A stretch of 64,000 nt of DNA from Chrysomallon squamiferum (Eukaryota; Animalia; Mollusca), in NCBI GenBank assembly GCA_012295275.1, contig CM022672.1:9734001-9798000 (forward strand), written 5' to 3'. A program made the position numbers and the translations under genes. The notes beneath the pieces are model-generated. The model saw only the letters and a program-made list of their open reading frames with translations. It was not told the DNA's origin and made no database searches. The first letter of the stretch is position 1. Every line of letters starts with the position of its first letter. Shown piece after piece: positions 40,194 to 53,681 of the stretch.

Positions 40194-41385
40194 TTAAATA
40201 AATATTATCCTAGACTGGCATTCTTCATCTCCCAGTTTTTCTTTTGCCATTTTTTCAAAATAGTCCAGCATCCTCTGAGATTTCCGCACCATTCCTTTAT
40301 GTATGAAAACTTGACCCTTGGTGCTGCTTGTTGGTAGACTCAAATTAGCCATCCGTACTTTGAACCTGGTGAAAGGACTCAGACTTCCTGAAGCAGCTTT
40401 TTTACTGGAGGGCAGATCATCAGTTTCCTTGGCCAGTGTGATGCTGGTGTCACTGAGAGACACTTTCATGTTGCTGTGAAACAGCTTGGTTGATCGAGTT
40501 GCCACTTGTTTAGAAGCTGGAGTTTCCAGTCTGGGCAAGAGTTCATCATACTTGTTCATCTCCAGTGGCTTGTTCTTTGGCTCTTCTTTCAGTCTGTCAC
40601 CCATACACTCCAAATCCATTAAGTCTTTCTGACCTTTTTGAGCATCTTCTTCAATCAGATTTGGTTTGTCTAAAGACTCTGAGATTTTATCCTGTACCTG
40701 TTTTGAAGTAAAATCTGTATTCGTGTCATCAGTGTCTATATTAAAGAAAGGTTTGTCCTGAGAATGTTCACTGTCTTCCTCTATCACAATCTTTGTCTTC
40801 TCAATTGATCTGTTTTGTTCTGAGGCCTGTTTGTTTGCTGCTGCCTTCAGAAGCAGATTGCTGGGACTGGTGGCGAGAATTCCACAGCTGTCCAGCATCA
40901 GGTCATCATCATCAGCACCAATTCCTTCCTCATTCTCGCTGCTCGAGTAGTCAATCAGGTGAAACACTTTAGAAAACCTCCCTGCTGCTTTCCCTGCTGG
41001 TCCATTTCTTACAAAGTTCACTGGATTCAGATCCTGAAGATTCATTTTTGGCATGTTGGGAAAATTAATCTTCAACCCTGGATTGACATTCGTGTTGAGA
41101 ATAGAAAATGGCTGTTTTGAAAAAGGCTGTCGAAATGCTGCAGGTAAGAAACTGATGGGAGATTTGGGAGATCTTGGAGTTGATGAGTCCTCACTGTTCA
41201 CTTGTAGCTCATAGTCCAGTTTGTCCTTTGTTCTCAGTTTGAGGACCTCATCATGAGATATGTCCACTGGACTTTTGAGAGGAATCTCAGAAGAAATATC
41301 CCGTGGTAATCTGATTCCTGCCAGAGAGTTTTCCTGCTGCTGTTTGTGGATGTTTGTCACATGAGGATGTGGTGGATGTTTTTTT
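40194..41385 (-). CDS. INPP5F: INPP5F/SAC2 phosphoinositide phosphatase, last coding exon
   Basis: Acceptor tgttgcag, phase 2, continues KLER|KKHPPH; long low-complexity tail ending in CQSRIIFI*, a SAC2-like C-terminus. Confidence 0.9.
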
Positions 41386-41762
41386 CTGCAACACAGATTT
41401 CATATACGGATAAACCATGCACACGATTGTAATTTTAAATTAGTGTTTGAACAAAACTGATGAAATTTATAAAGTGGAAAACATACAAACAAACAAACAA
41501 ACAAATAAATCAATAAATAAATAAATAAAAATAACAAGAAAAACAAAATTTTGATTGTAAAACATTTGCTAAAATTAATTATTTTAAAATTAACCTTATT
41601 CTCTAAACCAAATACCAAAACTATTACTATCTGAAAAAACCCCAGTAATATATGTAAAACAGGTTCTACATGTAATATAACAACACCATAGATAATTCAC
41701 TAATGCTAAAAAATAAAAATATATCTGGCATTATGTGCAAGAGAATAACAAAATTTATTTAC

Positions 41763-41853
41763 CTTTCAAGTTTCTGACGTTCAACACAGTGCAGGTTGAG
41801 GGTCAAAATCTTCTGTGCTGCCACAAATGTTTCACAGATTGCTTTCAAAGACT
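41763..41853 (-). CDS. INPP5F: INPP5F/SAC2 exon (end of hSac2 domain)
   Basis: 91 nt, phase 1-2, GT-AG; SLKAICETFVAAQKILTLNLHCVERQKLER. Confidence 0.88.
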
Positions 41854-42045
41854 CTGTAAGAATTAAAAATACAGCAACATGCATTCATGTAGCATTTGTT
41901 TACATTATAAGATATGCATCTGATTATGAGAGGAGAATGTGGTATAAACAGAGCAGTTTAAGTGAGAGAGATAGAGTTCAGTATGGTATGTATATTTAAA
42001 TGCATGAATATAACAGTGCATTTAATTTTAAATAATAATAATAAT

Positions 42046-42077
<32 letters not shown>

Positions 42078-42387
42078 GTAATAACAATAGTGATAATGAT
42101 AATGATAATGATGATGATGATGATAAAAATAAAAACAATAAAGATGATGATGATATGATAATAATATTCATAATAATAATAAGAAGAAAAATGATTAGAA
42201 AAAGAAAAAGATGAATGATTATCATGAATATCACAATAACAATGATTATATTAGATAGATAAGGATATATGAAATAATTACCATCATCATAATATTAAAA
42301 CAAACATCATCATCAACACCACCAACACCATCATTACAAATACAATTTTAACAAAAAAGAAGAAAAACATGTTATTTTGAAAATCAC

Positions 42388-42543
42388 CTTTGGCATCTTC
42401 TTTATCTTTGACGACGATGGTGAGGTTGTTGAAGAGTCTGGTGCTTGGTACCCGGAAAGTGTGGAAAAAACCCTCGTCCGCCAGGTGATGATAATAGAGT
42501 CTCATACAGGTAAACCTTGACCTGAACACTGAGGGCTCCATTC
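42388..42543 (-). CDS. INPP5F: INPP5F/SAC2 exon (hSac2 domain)
   Basis: 156 nt, phase 1-1; GMEPSVFRSRFTCMRLYYHHLADEGFFHTFRVPSTRLFNNLTIVVKDKEDAK. Confidence 0.9.
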
Positions 42544-42560
42544 CTGAAACATGTCACAGC

Positions 42561-43860
42561 AAAATACATGTACAGAGACATTACTGATGAAAATATATGT
42601 AGAGACATTACTGATGTAAATACATGTACAGAGACATTACTGATGTAAATACATGTACAGAGACATTACTGATGAAAATATATGTACAGAGACATTACTG
42701 ATGTAAATACATGTACAGAGACATTGTTGAAAATACATGTACAGAGACATTACTGATGTAAATACATGTACAGAGACATTACTGATGTAAATACATGTAC
42801 AGAGACATTACTGATGTAAATACATGTACAGAGACATTGTTGATGTAAATACATGTACAGAGACATTACTGATGTAAATACATGTACAGAGACATTACTG
42901 ATGTAAATACATGTACAGAGACATTGTTGATGTAAATACATGTACAGAGACATTACTGATGTAAATACATGTACAGAGACATTACTGATGAAAATATATG
43001 TACAGAGACATTACTGATGTAAATACATGTACAGAGACATTGTTGATGTAAATACATGTACAGAGACATTACTGATGTAAATACATGTACAGAGACATTA
43101 CTGATGTAAATACATGTACAGAGACATTGTTGATGTAAATACATGTACAGAGACATTACTGATGTAAATACATGTACAGAGACATTACTGATGTAAATAC
43201 ATGTACAGAGACATTACTGATGTAAATACATGTACAGAGACATTGTTGATGTAAATACATGTACAGAGACATTACTGATGTAAATACATGTACAGAGACA
43301 TTACTGATGTAAATACATGTACAGAGACATTGTTGATGTAAATACATGTACAGAGACATTACTGATGTAAATACATGTACAGAGACATTACTGATGAAAA
43401 ATATATGTACAGAGACATTACTGATGTAAATATATGTACAGAGACACTACTGATGAAAATACATGTAAGAGACATTACTGATGTAAATACATGTACAGAG
43501 ACATTACTGATGAAAATACATGTACAGAGACATTACTGACATTGTTGTTGATGAAAATATATGTACAGAAACAATGTTGATTGTACAGAGACACTTTGAT
43601 GAAAAAATACATGTACAGACATTGTTGATGAAAACATTATATTGATGAAAAGTTGATGAAAATACAAGTACAGAGACATTGTTGATGAAAATATATGTAC
43701 AGAGACATTGTTGATGAAAATATATGTACAGAGACATTGTTGATGAAAATATATGTACAGACATTGTTGATGAAAATATATGTACAGAGACATTGTTGAT
43801 GAAAATACATGTACAGAGACATTGTTGTTGAAAATACATATACAAATATTATTGATGAAA
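42561..43860. repeat. 29-bp intronic minisatellite (~45 copies) with a 203-bp higher-order period
   Basis: Unit ACATGTACAGAGACATT(AC/GT)TGATG(T/A)AAAT; spurious ORFs recur at 42750, 42953 and 43156. Confidence 0.95.
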
Positions 43861-44343
43861 AATGGGATATAATTTTAAAGGTAGAAATGTTGTTTATTTT
43901 CTTCCTTGGATGTTCAAAAGCAATTTTGTTTGTTATTTAACAACAACAACAATAATAATTATAACAATAATGATAATAATAATAATAAATATAACAATGA
44001 AATTAACAACAAGAATAATAATGAAAATAAGTAAATAATTGTAAAAACAAATATTATATATAAAAGAATAAATACATAAGAAAAATAACCAGAAAAACAC
44101 AAATAATATATAAAAGAATAAATACATAAGAAAAATAACCAGAAAAATAACAAAACAAATAACAAAGACAGTAAAAAAAAAATAAATTAAAAATTAAAAT
44201 TAAAATTTTAAAAAGTAAATAAATAAAAAATAAATATTAAAAAATTAAAATAATATATAAAAAAATCCAGTCATTTGTAAGTATACAAAATGTATTTACA
44301 CTCTGTATTGTGACAAGTAAACTTTAAGAATATTTATTTTTAC

Positions 44344-44417
44344 CTATTTCTATTTTATCCAAATCTTCCAGGAAAATTCTCTGATACTGTGTGACTGCCT
44401 CTTCCTCATCATCATAC
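44344..44417 (-). CDS. INPP5F: INPP5F/SAC2 exon
   Basis: 74 nt, phase 2-1; YDDEEEAVTQYQRIFLEDLDKIEIG. Confidence 0.9.
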
Positions 44418-44768
44418 CTGAAAAAAAATAAAAAAAAAAAAAAAAAAATAAAATAAAATAAAAAATAATAAACAACAGAATCCTCTAAATTAATTCACCA
44501 ATTTTCCTGGCTACAAAAAAAAAAAAAAAAAAAAAAAGATTTATAAATATATCAACATCAGAGTTCTAAAAAAACATTATATATACAAAATCATGCTAAT
44601 TTTCAAAAAACCATCAAAAAAACACCTAATTATTTCTTAAAGTGCAATTTTAACCATGTCAGCATAACATTAGGTCAATTATTAAGTGTCATAATGCAGT
44701 AAATGTAAAAATAGCTGAATAAATTTGTTTTTCGTTTAGATTTAAAATAAAAATATGTAAATATTTAC

Positions 44769-44840
44769 CAGGCGACGTAAATGGATCTTTGACTAAGTAG
44801 CAAAATCATGTCCATTTCCTGACGATCAGGATCTCCTTCC
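44769..44840 (-). CDS. INPP5F: INPP5F/SAC2 exon
   Basis: 72 nt, phase 2-2; EGDPDRQEMDMILLLSQRSIYVAW. Confidence 0.9.
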
Positions 44841-45579
44841 CTGAGAACAAAAATATATCTATACACTTAAAATCTGAGAAAATATTTCATAAATTTAGGT
44901 AGAAATATTTTATTTAATGATATAATGAAAACATTATTTTATTCACTATTTATATGGCATCATATATTTTTAAGAACCATAAGATGTGATGGTAGAAAGA
45001 TTCCAGTTGGCGCATTGATGAATATATTAGTTAGCAGCAGTTTTGTTTTTTAGTATTTGACATATATGAAAAATTAAATTTTACACTGAACAAAAATATT
45101 GCTTTTTGGGATAGAACTATATTTAGTTTTATAAATTACTTGTTGTTTACATACATATATAAAAAAAAGACCTTTATGAAAATGATTTTCATTTTAAAAA
45201 TAACAAACAAATTGTTATTATTTAAGAATTATCTTTTTGCATATAGTTTTTGTTGGTGACAATAAAATCAATGAGCATGAATCTACTACATTTAAAAGTA
45301 CTGAGTTGAGAAATAAAAAACAGTTTATTCCATTTTTTTTTTTTTTTTTTTAATCATTAATGATTGCAGTGTAAAAGAGATATCTAGTTGTTATGTTAAG
45401 CTATCTGGTTATTATGTTAAGATATCTGGTTGTTATGTTAAGGTATCTGCTTTATCCTGTTCATGTAGAATGTTGATTGCAGCTCAGCACATCGTTGCAG
45501 CAAATCAGCATTTTACCTTTGCAGGATGAAACTGATATCTTAAGACAGTAATCAGTTATTCTCTATGTCAGTCAGTCCA

Positions 45580-45660
<81 letters not shown>

Positions 45661-45707
45661 GTATCTATCTATCAACTGCTGCATCATTTATACACATCAT
45701 CACTTAC

Positions 45708-45944
45708 TCAGGATCAGCATTAATGAGACACCAGCCACCAAGACACTGCTCTGGTTCCACTATCAACATTTTCTTGCAGTCTTCCAGAAGCATTTTCACA
45801 TTTTCTTCCTTCTCCAACATGTCAATTGTGTCTTCTTCCACCTCGGCACGCAGTCCCAGTGACATGACGTCATCAGACACTGGCTGACCCTGAGTTATGT
45901 CAACAACGGCTTGGCGGTAGGCATCCTTGAATCGGAGGTAGTAT
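45708..45944 (-). CDS. INPP5F: INPP5F/SAC2 exon
   Basis: 237 nt, phase 2-2; YYLRFKDAYRQAVVDITQGQPV...LIVEPEQCLGGWCLINADP. Confidence 0.93.
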
Positions 45945-46065
45945 CTAAAAGTTAACAAAATATAACTTTGACAAAGTGTGTTTATGAATAATTATAATAT
46001 AATTAACAGTGTAATTATTTATGCATAATAGACTAAATACATTTTGTTTGAGACAGTGACAAAAG

Positions 46066-46096
<31 letters not shown>

Positions 46097-46179
46097 CAAC
46101 AGTAATAATAATAATAATAATAATAATGAAACAAAATCAGTAAAACAAATAATATACGTTTGTAGCCTTTCTATTAAAC

Positions 46180-46226
<47 letters not shown>

Positions 46227-46970
46227 CAGCAACAGTAATAGTAGTAGGAGTAGTAAACTGAAGATCATCAGGAACACTAACAAGACATTAATTTTGTTTA
46301 AATCATGAACAGAAAGCTTAAGAAGACTGAGTCACTGAGAATGCTTTATTTCAAGGAAGTATAATTACAGTTAAAAAATATTATTTATACTTGATTGTGA
46401 ATGAAAGAATGATTATATATTTATCTGCCTGTGCACTTGGTGTGTATTTCTGCAGTAAGAAAGTACATGATATAACTAAACAAAAACAACAACAACAACA
46501 AAATAATAATAGTAATAATAATAATATTATTATTATTATTAATAATGATGATCATAACAACAATAATGAAAAAAATAAAATCATGCTAGTGTTTAAACAA
46601 TGAAAAATTAAACAGATTATTTTTTAACATTCATTCAACATTATTTTTGTTTGAAAGAGCTTATGCCGACTGTACAATTATTTTAAGCTATTATCATATG
46701 TAAAATAGGCAATAACTCTGTTCTCTTTATTTCTTTTCTATTTTATTCATTCTTTGAAAAAAATAAAAAAAAATTAAAATTATCATTTCTATTTAAAAGT
46801 TGTTTTCTTCTTGTTTTTAAATCTCTTGTTTGAGTTTTATTCTGTCTTGACTCAAACGACCACATAAAATGCATAAAAAAACCAACAAAAGAAAATAAAA
46901 ATACAGGTAGATCAACATAATATTCTAAATGGCTGCTTTTGAAAGAGTTTCTTTCTTTTTTTTTTTTATA

Positions 46971-47008
<38 letters not shown>

Positions 47009-47329
47009 TACATGCTTATAAAGATAAAAACAAAATACATTAATGAAAGAATACAAAAAAGGAAAAATATTAAATAACAACCTTTTAATAACTGACATTA
47101 GGTGTAAAACATGACAATTAAAAATGAAATGTTTTTTTAAATTTTAATTTAAAAGTATTAAATGTTGTCATAATAATACTTAACATTCCATTTAATACTG
47201 ACAACAAAAAAATAATAATTAAAATCAAAGAAACAATAATCTGGTACACCAAGGACAGATTCTAAGACAGGGCAAGTACACTACCATTTGGCTTGAACTA
47301 CGCAACATTCTGATAATAAAACTAACTAC

Positions 47330-47400
47330 CTGTTAGCTGAGTTCATTCCATCTTTCATCAGACCAGTCAATTTTCGTTCTCCAGTTCTTGTGTAGTCCCC
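47330..47400 (-). CDS. INPP5F: INPP5F/SAC2 exon (end of SAC domain)
   Basis: 71 nt, phase 0-2; GDYTRTGERKLTGLMKDGMNSANR, a conserved SAC-family segment. Confidence 0.94.
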
Positions 47401-48564
47401 CTGAAGATAGAAATATTTAATTTAATACACTCAACACATTTTAGTATAGGGTACTACAGAATATGTGTATATTTGAATGGATAGAATTAACTTCTGCTAG
47501 GATGTATACATTGTGCCTATTTTTGTTTGAATGTATACAAGGTGCTTATCTTTTGTTTGCAGTATACGTGGAACATCAAAACGATAGCTGTTTTTCATTG
47601 ATTTGTTTATTGCCAGTGAATTGATTTCTATCAGAGTTTAACACAGTAAAATAGCAGACATTTCCTCTGTTTAGATAGTGAAAGACAAACACTGATATCT
47701 GAACTCTGTCTTTTTAAACTCTTTGGCTTTATTCAACAGAAAATATTTATAGAAGGAAAAAAAGAAGAAAAAAAAGATGTAATTTAGAGAAAAAGCCTGC
47801 TGATTATATCAGTATTGGTCTGTCTGCCGGTCTGTCTGTCTGTCTGTCTCTCTTCCTCTCTCTCTCTCTCACAACATATTACGTACCCACTCACAAACCC
47901 ACACAAACATAAGGACACTCATACACAATGTGGAAGGCATATACTGATATTGCATGTGTAAACAGCATAAAAAGGGAACAGATATATAAATATTTAAAAA
48001 ATGTTAGTTTTATTACTGGTTGCTAGGTAATGTCACATTTTGCCAAGAGAAACATTAATAATGATACATGTTTGTAAACATTCATCAATATCATCTGTTT
48101 AAATTAGTGATTATTATGTCCAACCTTCCAGTTAGACTTTCATGTTTCCCTGAAGATGAGTTACATTAAAATGTGACTGAGATATTCATGTATTTTATTA
48201 ATTAAAAAAAAAAAAAAAAAAAAATGTTGTATGGAAAGAGAAAATGGTGGTGAAAATCTCTGAGTTTGTTATTTTATTATCATACTTTGTTGTCAGCAAA
48301 GATTGATGTTGAATAACAACTGCTTTGGAATTGTAAAAAATTACATTTAGGCAAGTTACACTATTATGGATACACTTCAAATCAAAGTGGTAAGATATTG
48401 AATGAAATATTAAAAACAAAACAACAAGAAAAACTTTAAAAATCAGGAGGAAGAGAGACTGAGTGCTGTTCTGTTAAATTAAATATGTAAGCATATTTAT
48501 TTTGTTCTCTTCAATATTAACTTCTTGGCAAAAGGTACATGTTGTTCATGCTGACGATGATTAC

Positions 48565-48693
48565 CTTCAGTGCTGCAGTCCCTGCATACTGCCTGCTGAT
48601 GATGTCCCCATTGTTTGCCCAGATCTGTTGGTATGTTAGTCGACAACTCTGTGGCAAGTTTTCCTCTGGTGGTAACAAGCCAAGTTTCCGAAA
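48565..48693 (-). CDS. INPP5F: INPP5F/SAC2 exon (SAC domain)
   Basis: 129 nt, phase 0-0; FRKLGLLPPEENLPQSCRLTYQQIWANNGDIISRQYAGTAALK (WxxNGD..S.QYAGT.ALK motif). Confidence 0.95.
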
Positions 48694-48775
48694 CTAAAAC
48701 AAACAACAACATGTTAACTCTTTGAAGTCCAAGTCCCATTTGTCTGGTACACTCATGAAGTAAATGTATGGATAA

Positions 48776-48826
<51 letters not shown>

Positions 48827-49291
48827 ATGTGAAATTTTTTCAAGTAACATTAAATCCTGCTATTATGAGAAAACAGGCTTATTGCACAGTTAAACAACAT
48901 AATTATACCAGTCACTGCATAATATGTCTGATTTCCTGGCTTTTGTTTTAATTTAATAATGAACACAATCCAGATGGTTAACTCATGCACCAGAAGTTGG
49001 TTAAACCAATACTATACTCTGAACTTCAATACTAAAATACGATTCATCATATTTTCTTAGGTTGAGACTAACTGAATGAGTATCAAACTCAATGAGTCTG
49101 TATCCAATTAATATTCAGGTATAATGATGATGACAATGATGATGTAATAATGATGGCCGAATAATAATAATAATAAAAATATTAATAATAATAATGATAA
49201 TGCACTATTATTATAAGTAAATTTTCATCTGATGACATAAATAAGTATTAGAATAAGCCATGGGATTAACAGTATTAAGTAAAAATGTTAC

Positions 49292-49412
49292 CTGTGTTTC
49301 CATGGCAATTCTGGCTATTGCTGTTTGAACCACGTTTGTGCGATCCAGACAGTCAATACAGTTAATTCTAAACACACCAAGCTGCTCACATATCACACCC
49401 TTCTTGTCCACC
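49292..49412 (-). CDS. INPP5F: INPP5F/SAC2 exon with catalytic CX5R motif
   Basis: 121 nt, phase 2-0; VDKKGVICEQLGVFRINCIDCLDRTNVVQTAIARIAMETQ. Confidence 0.96.
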
Positions 49413-49474
49413 CTACAATATAATAATAATAATAATAGTAATAATAATAGTAAAAGTATTAGTTGTAGCAGTAC

Positions 49475-49512
<38 letters not shown>

Positions 49513-49590
49513 ATATTAGTAAAGTAATAATGATGTTGATGATATAATTACAACAATAATGATGATGAATATAACAATGATGACAGTGAC

Positions 49591-49626
<36 letters not shown>

Positions 49627-49930
49627 CAATAACAATAACAACAAATCAGACTGTAATTCAGTTGGTTGCAGCTCTGGTCTCTTTGTAATGATCTATGATT
49701 ATTCATCAGTAACACACACACATTACTGTATTTCCCATTCCAAATAAACAGCCATGGTGCATGCTCTCCACTCTGTAGAAAAGTGTATGTAAATGATCCC
49801 TTGTTTACAATGAATGCACATTTTACATAATTACATTTTATTTTTCACAAACAAATTACATTCAGATGTTATCAAGACCAGTAATATACAAAAAAATAAA
49901 TTTTGTAAATAAACTGGGTTAAAGTCTCAC

Positions 49931-50008
49931 CAACAATATCGCATGTCTTTAATGATGTCTCGAATTCCTTCTGTCAGTATGGAAACATTTTCAAACTTCA
50001 TCCCTCGG
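49931..50008 (-). CDS. INPP5F: INPP5F/SAC2 exon (SAC domain)
   Basis: 78 nt, phase 2-2; RGMKFENVSILTEGIRDIIKDMRYCW. Confidence 0.93.
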
Positions 50009-50885
50009 CTGAAAATAAAATTTTAGTAATGATGTTTATGATAAATAAACATAAAATAAACAAAAATAAAAAACAAACAAGGAAATATTGTTATTTTCTG
50101 TTTGTGGATACTGTTATATAGAACAAACCCTGAGGGCCAAGACAATAAATTAAAATAGTGGCTTTGTTGGGGGTGGGTTTACAACTCTATAAGCAAGTGT
50201 CCTGTGTTATGAAGAAAGTTCAGTGTGAATCAGTAGATAATACTAAATATACAAATGACAAAATATATTTTGAAAAATTAATTGTATTTTTGTAATAAAT
50301 ACTGCAACAGATTTCTAAATTTAAATCCATGTTGAAACTACAAACTAAATAAATAAATATATATATATATTTATATATATATATAAAGTATTTACTACCT
50401 AGAAAAGTGAAAGACAATGTGAAAACACCAGCACTTCAAGCTTTATTTTATACAGTCATAAATTTATCTCAGTGTTTTATTATGCTGATAATAATCCTTA
50501 AATGAGCCTTCTTTGCTTCACTCTTTTTATACACTCTTTTTATAGCACGCAGCAGTTATAAATAAAATACTAAAAATAGAAAGGTATTTTTAAAAAGAGT
50601 AATTGCAATATATGTAAGATTTTGACAGTAATACATTACCTAAAACAATATATATGTTTTATTTTCTTTAAAAATAAATGTTTGTATTTTAAGAGAAATA
50701 AAAATAAGATTATGATTTTATGTGTGTACTGCTTTCAGCAGAATCCAAATATGTAAACACACACATACATAGACACTCTCTCTTTCTGTTTTTTTATCTC
50801 TCTCTCATACTTACAAACATATACAGACATTCTTTCTGGGTTTTCCCTCTCAAACACATTTATGCACACAAACAGTCATACATAA

Positions 50886-51026
<141 letters not shown>

Positions 51027-51749
51027 CACTCTTTTTATCCCCAAACAAGGCCAAACTTATTTGAACCATACTCCAGAGAACAAACAGTGCATTAGTTCAT
51101 GATAACTCAAGCATGACATTGAATAATTTTCAACAAACAGTAATTTGAATAAATACTCTACTCAAACATTTTGTAATATCAAATGACACTTAACAAGTCA
51201 AGGTTATAAAAAAAAGAAACCTATCTTCATTGAAGTTAAATGTTACATCAATATCAAGTTACACACACATGGTGTATTGATGCAAAATACTGTAACAATA
51301 AATAATAGAGATATCACACTATTTATCTAGCAAACTTGAGTCTGGAAAATAGCAGATTTCTGGATTTTTCTCCCTCATTTCTAGACCATGGTTTATTCTA
51401 TACATTTTACAGACAAACACACACACACACACACACACAATTCACACAAAACAAATTGATACACACACCAAGACACATACAAAACACAAAACAAATTCAA
51501 TGAAATTGTAATTAGAATGAAACTGTATATTTTCAAAACTTTCTGGAAATTTTGATACATTTCTAAAATAGGTTTTCTGGACCAAGACTTAATCTATACA
51601 AAACAAAATACTAATGGAAAATCCAAACCAGTGTTGATAAAATTCTAATGTAAACAATGAAATTGTAATTAGCAAATACAAATTAATACATTTCTAAAAC
51701 AGTCTTTTCTGGAAAAAGCCAGATAAATAGTTAGGTACCTGATATTATA

Positions 51750-52670
51750 AAAACACAACCAGTATTCGTGGAAGTCAAAAGTGATGTTCAACATTAATGT
51801 ACAATATTAATTATAACACATAATACCATTATTATTAGGTTGTACAACATTAATGTACAATATTAATATACAATAACTTGTTCTACTAACCATACCATAT
51901 TCCAAAATTCATTAATGTACAATATAATACTTGTTCTACTAACACATAACAGTACATTGTACAAATCCAAACCAGTATTGATAAAATTCTAATGTAAATA
52001 TTATATTCTATGCAGTATTATTATACAAATGTGATGTAATTCAATAACTTGTTCTAAAACACATGTAAAGTGTATGGTTGTACAACATTAATGTACAATA
52101 TTAATATACAATAACTTGTTCTATAAACATACAAACAAAAGTGATGTATTCAACATTAATGTTAATATACAAATGTGATATACTAACACATACCAGTATT
52201 CATGGAAGTGAAATGTGATGTGGGTGAAAGCAATGGAGGTTATGTACAACATTAATAAACAATAATCTATTCTACAACACATACCAGTATTAATGTGATG
52301 TAGGTGATGTACAACATTAATGTACAATATTAATATACAATAACTTGTTCTACTAACACATACCAGTATTCGTGGAAGTCAAAAGTGATGTAGGTGATGT
52401 ACAACATTAATGTACAATATTAATATACAATAACTTGTTCTACTAACACATACCAGTATTCGTGGAAGTCAAATGTGATGTAGGTGATGTACAACATTAA
52501 TGTACAATATTAATATACAATAACTTGTTCTACTAACACATACCAGTATTCGTGGAAGTCAAATGTGATGTAGGTGATGTACAACATTAATGTACAATAT
52601 TAATATACAATAACTTGTTCTACTAACACATACCAGTATTCGTGGAAGTCAAATGTGATGTAGGTGATGT
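51750..52670. repeat. 90-bp tandem repeat containing the 3' end and splice donor of an INPP5F exon
   Basis: Unit TACTAACACATACCAGTATTCGTGGAAGTCAAATGTGATGTAGGTGATGTACAACATTAATGTACAATATTAATATACAATAACTTGTTC at 52351, 52441 and 52531, merging into the real exon at 52621, with degenerate copies further left. Confidence 0.93.
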
Positions 52671-52826
52671 CTGGGGAGTTGAACTTGAGGACCTGACTGA
52701 GGTAGGCATCACCGACAATCTGTTCTTTTCCTGAGAGCTCAGCGAGAGAGATGATGACAACCTTTCTGTACTTCTGTAGTTGTTCATCAAAGTGCTTCTT
52801 GAACGCAATGTGAGACTCTTCCTCAC
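52634..52826 (-). CDS. INPP5F: INPP5F/SAC2 exon (most 5' exon found in the window; gene continues beyond the right edge)
   Basis: 193 nt, phase 1-2; EEESHIAFKKHFDEQLQKYRKVVIISLAELSGKEQIVGDAYLSQVLKFNSPDITYITFDFHEYC (FDFH motif). Confidence 0.94.
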
Positions 52827-52969
52827 CTGAAACAGGTAAAATATTTATATAACGATGACAGAAAGAAAGTAATTATTAAAATAAATAGAATAAGAGAGAA
52901 CGAAAGAAAGAATGAAAAAACAAGAAGAAGACAGTGTTCAATATTGATTCATTCAAAATGCACACAAAC

Positions 52970-53004
<35 letters not shown>

Positions 53005-53647
53005 CAGACATGTAATCTCCATATAATGTCCTACATGAAACAAACAAAATATATTTAGATTAACAAAATTAATGATTCTGAAACCTGAAAGAAAAGTCAC
53101 CATGACATTATCATATGTTTTGTATTGCAATACAGTTCATCCAAGCCATGACCAAAATTTATTACCAGGAAAATAATTACAAGATAATAAAAATGAAAAT
53201 AAAATAAATTAAATCTTTTTAAACATGTTAGAAAACTGCTTTTACAATCAGACCATTTAGGCTGAGGTCCATGGGTTAGAGTGTTAGCCTTATTCTTGCT
53301 GCTAATTAGTAAAAGAATCTGATGAATGTTTATTCTGGAAATACTGTAACCACACCAGGCTAGGAAAAAAAGAGAGTAGTATTATTAAAATGTATTATCC
53401 TTTCTGACAATCAGAATCTCTTGGGATGGACATTGTATATATGTGTGTGTACACACTCACACATACTCACACATATACACACACACAGACACTTATATAA
53501 TGAGAGAGAGAGAGAGAGAGAGATTAATATTTTTCAGACAGCTGAGTTTGTTTCAATATTTTTCATTTAATTATTATATAATCATCATAGTACATTAGTG
53601 TATATATTTTGTTAATATTCAATAATAATAAAACAAAATTAAAGCAC

Positions 53648-53681
<34 letters not shown>

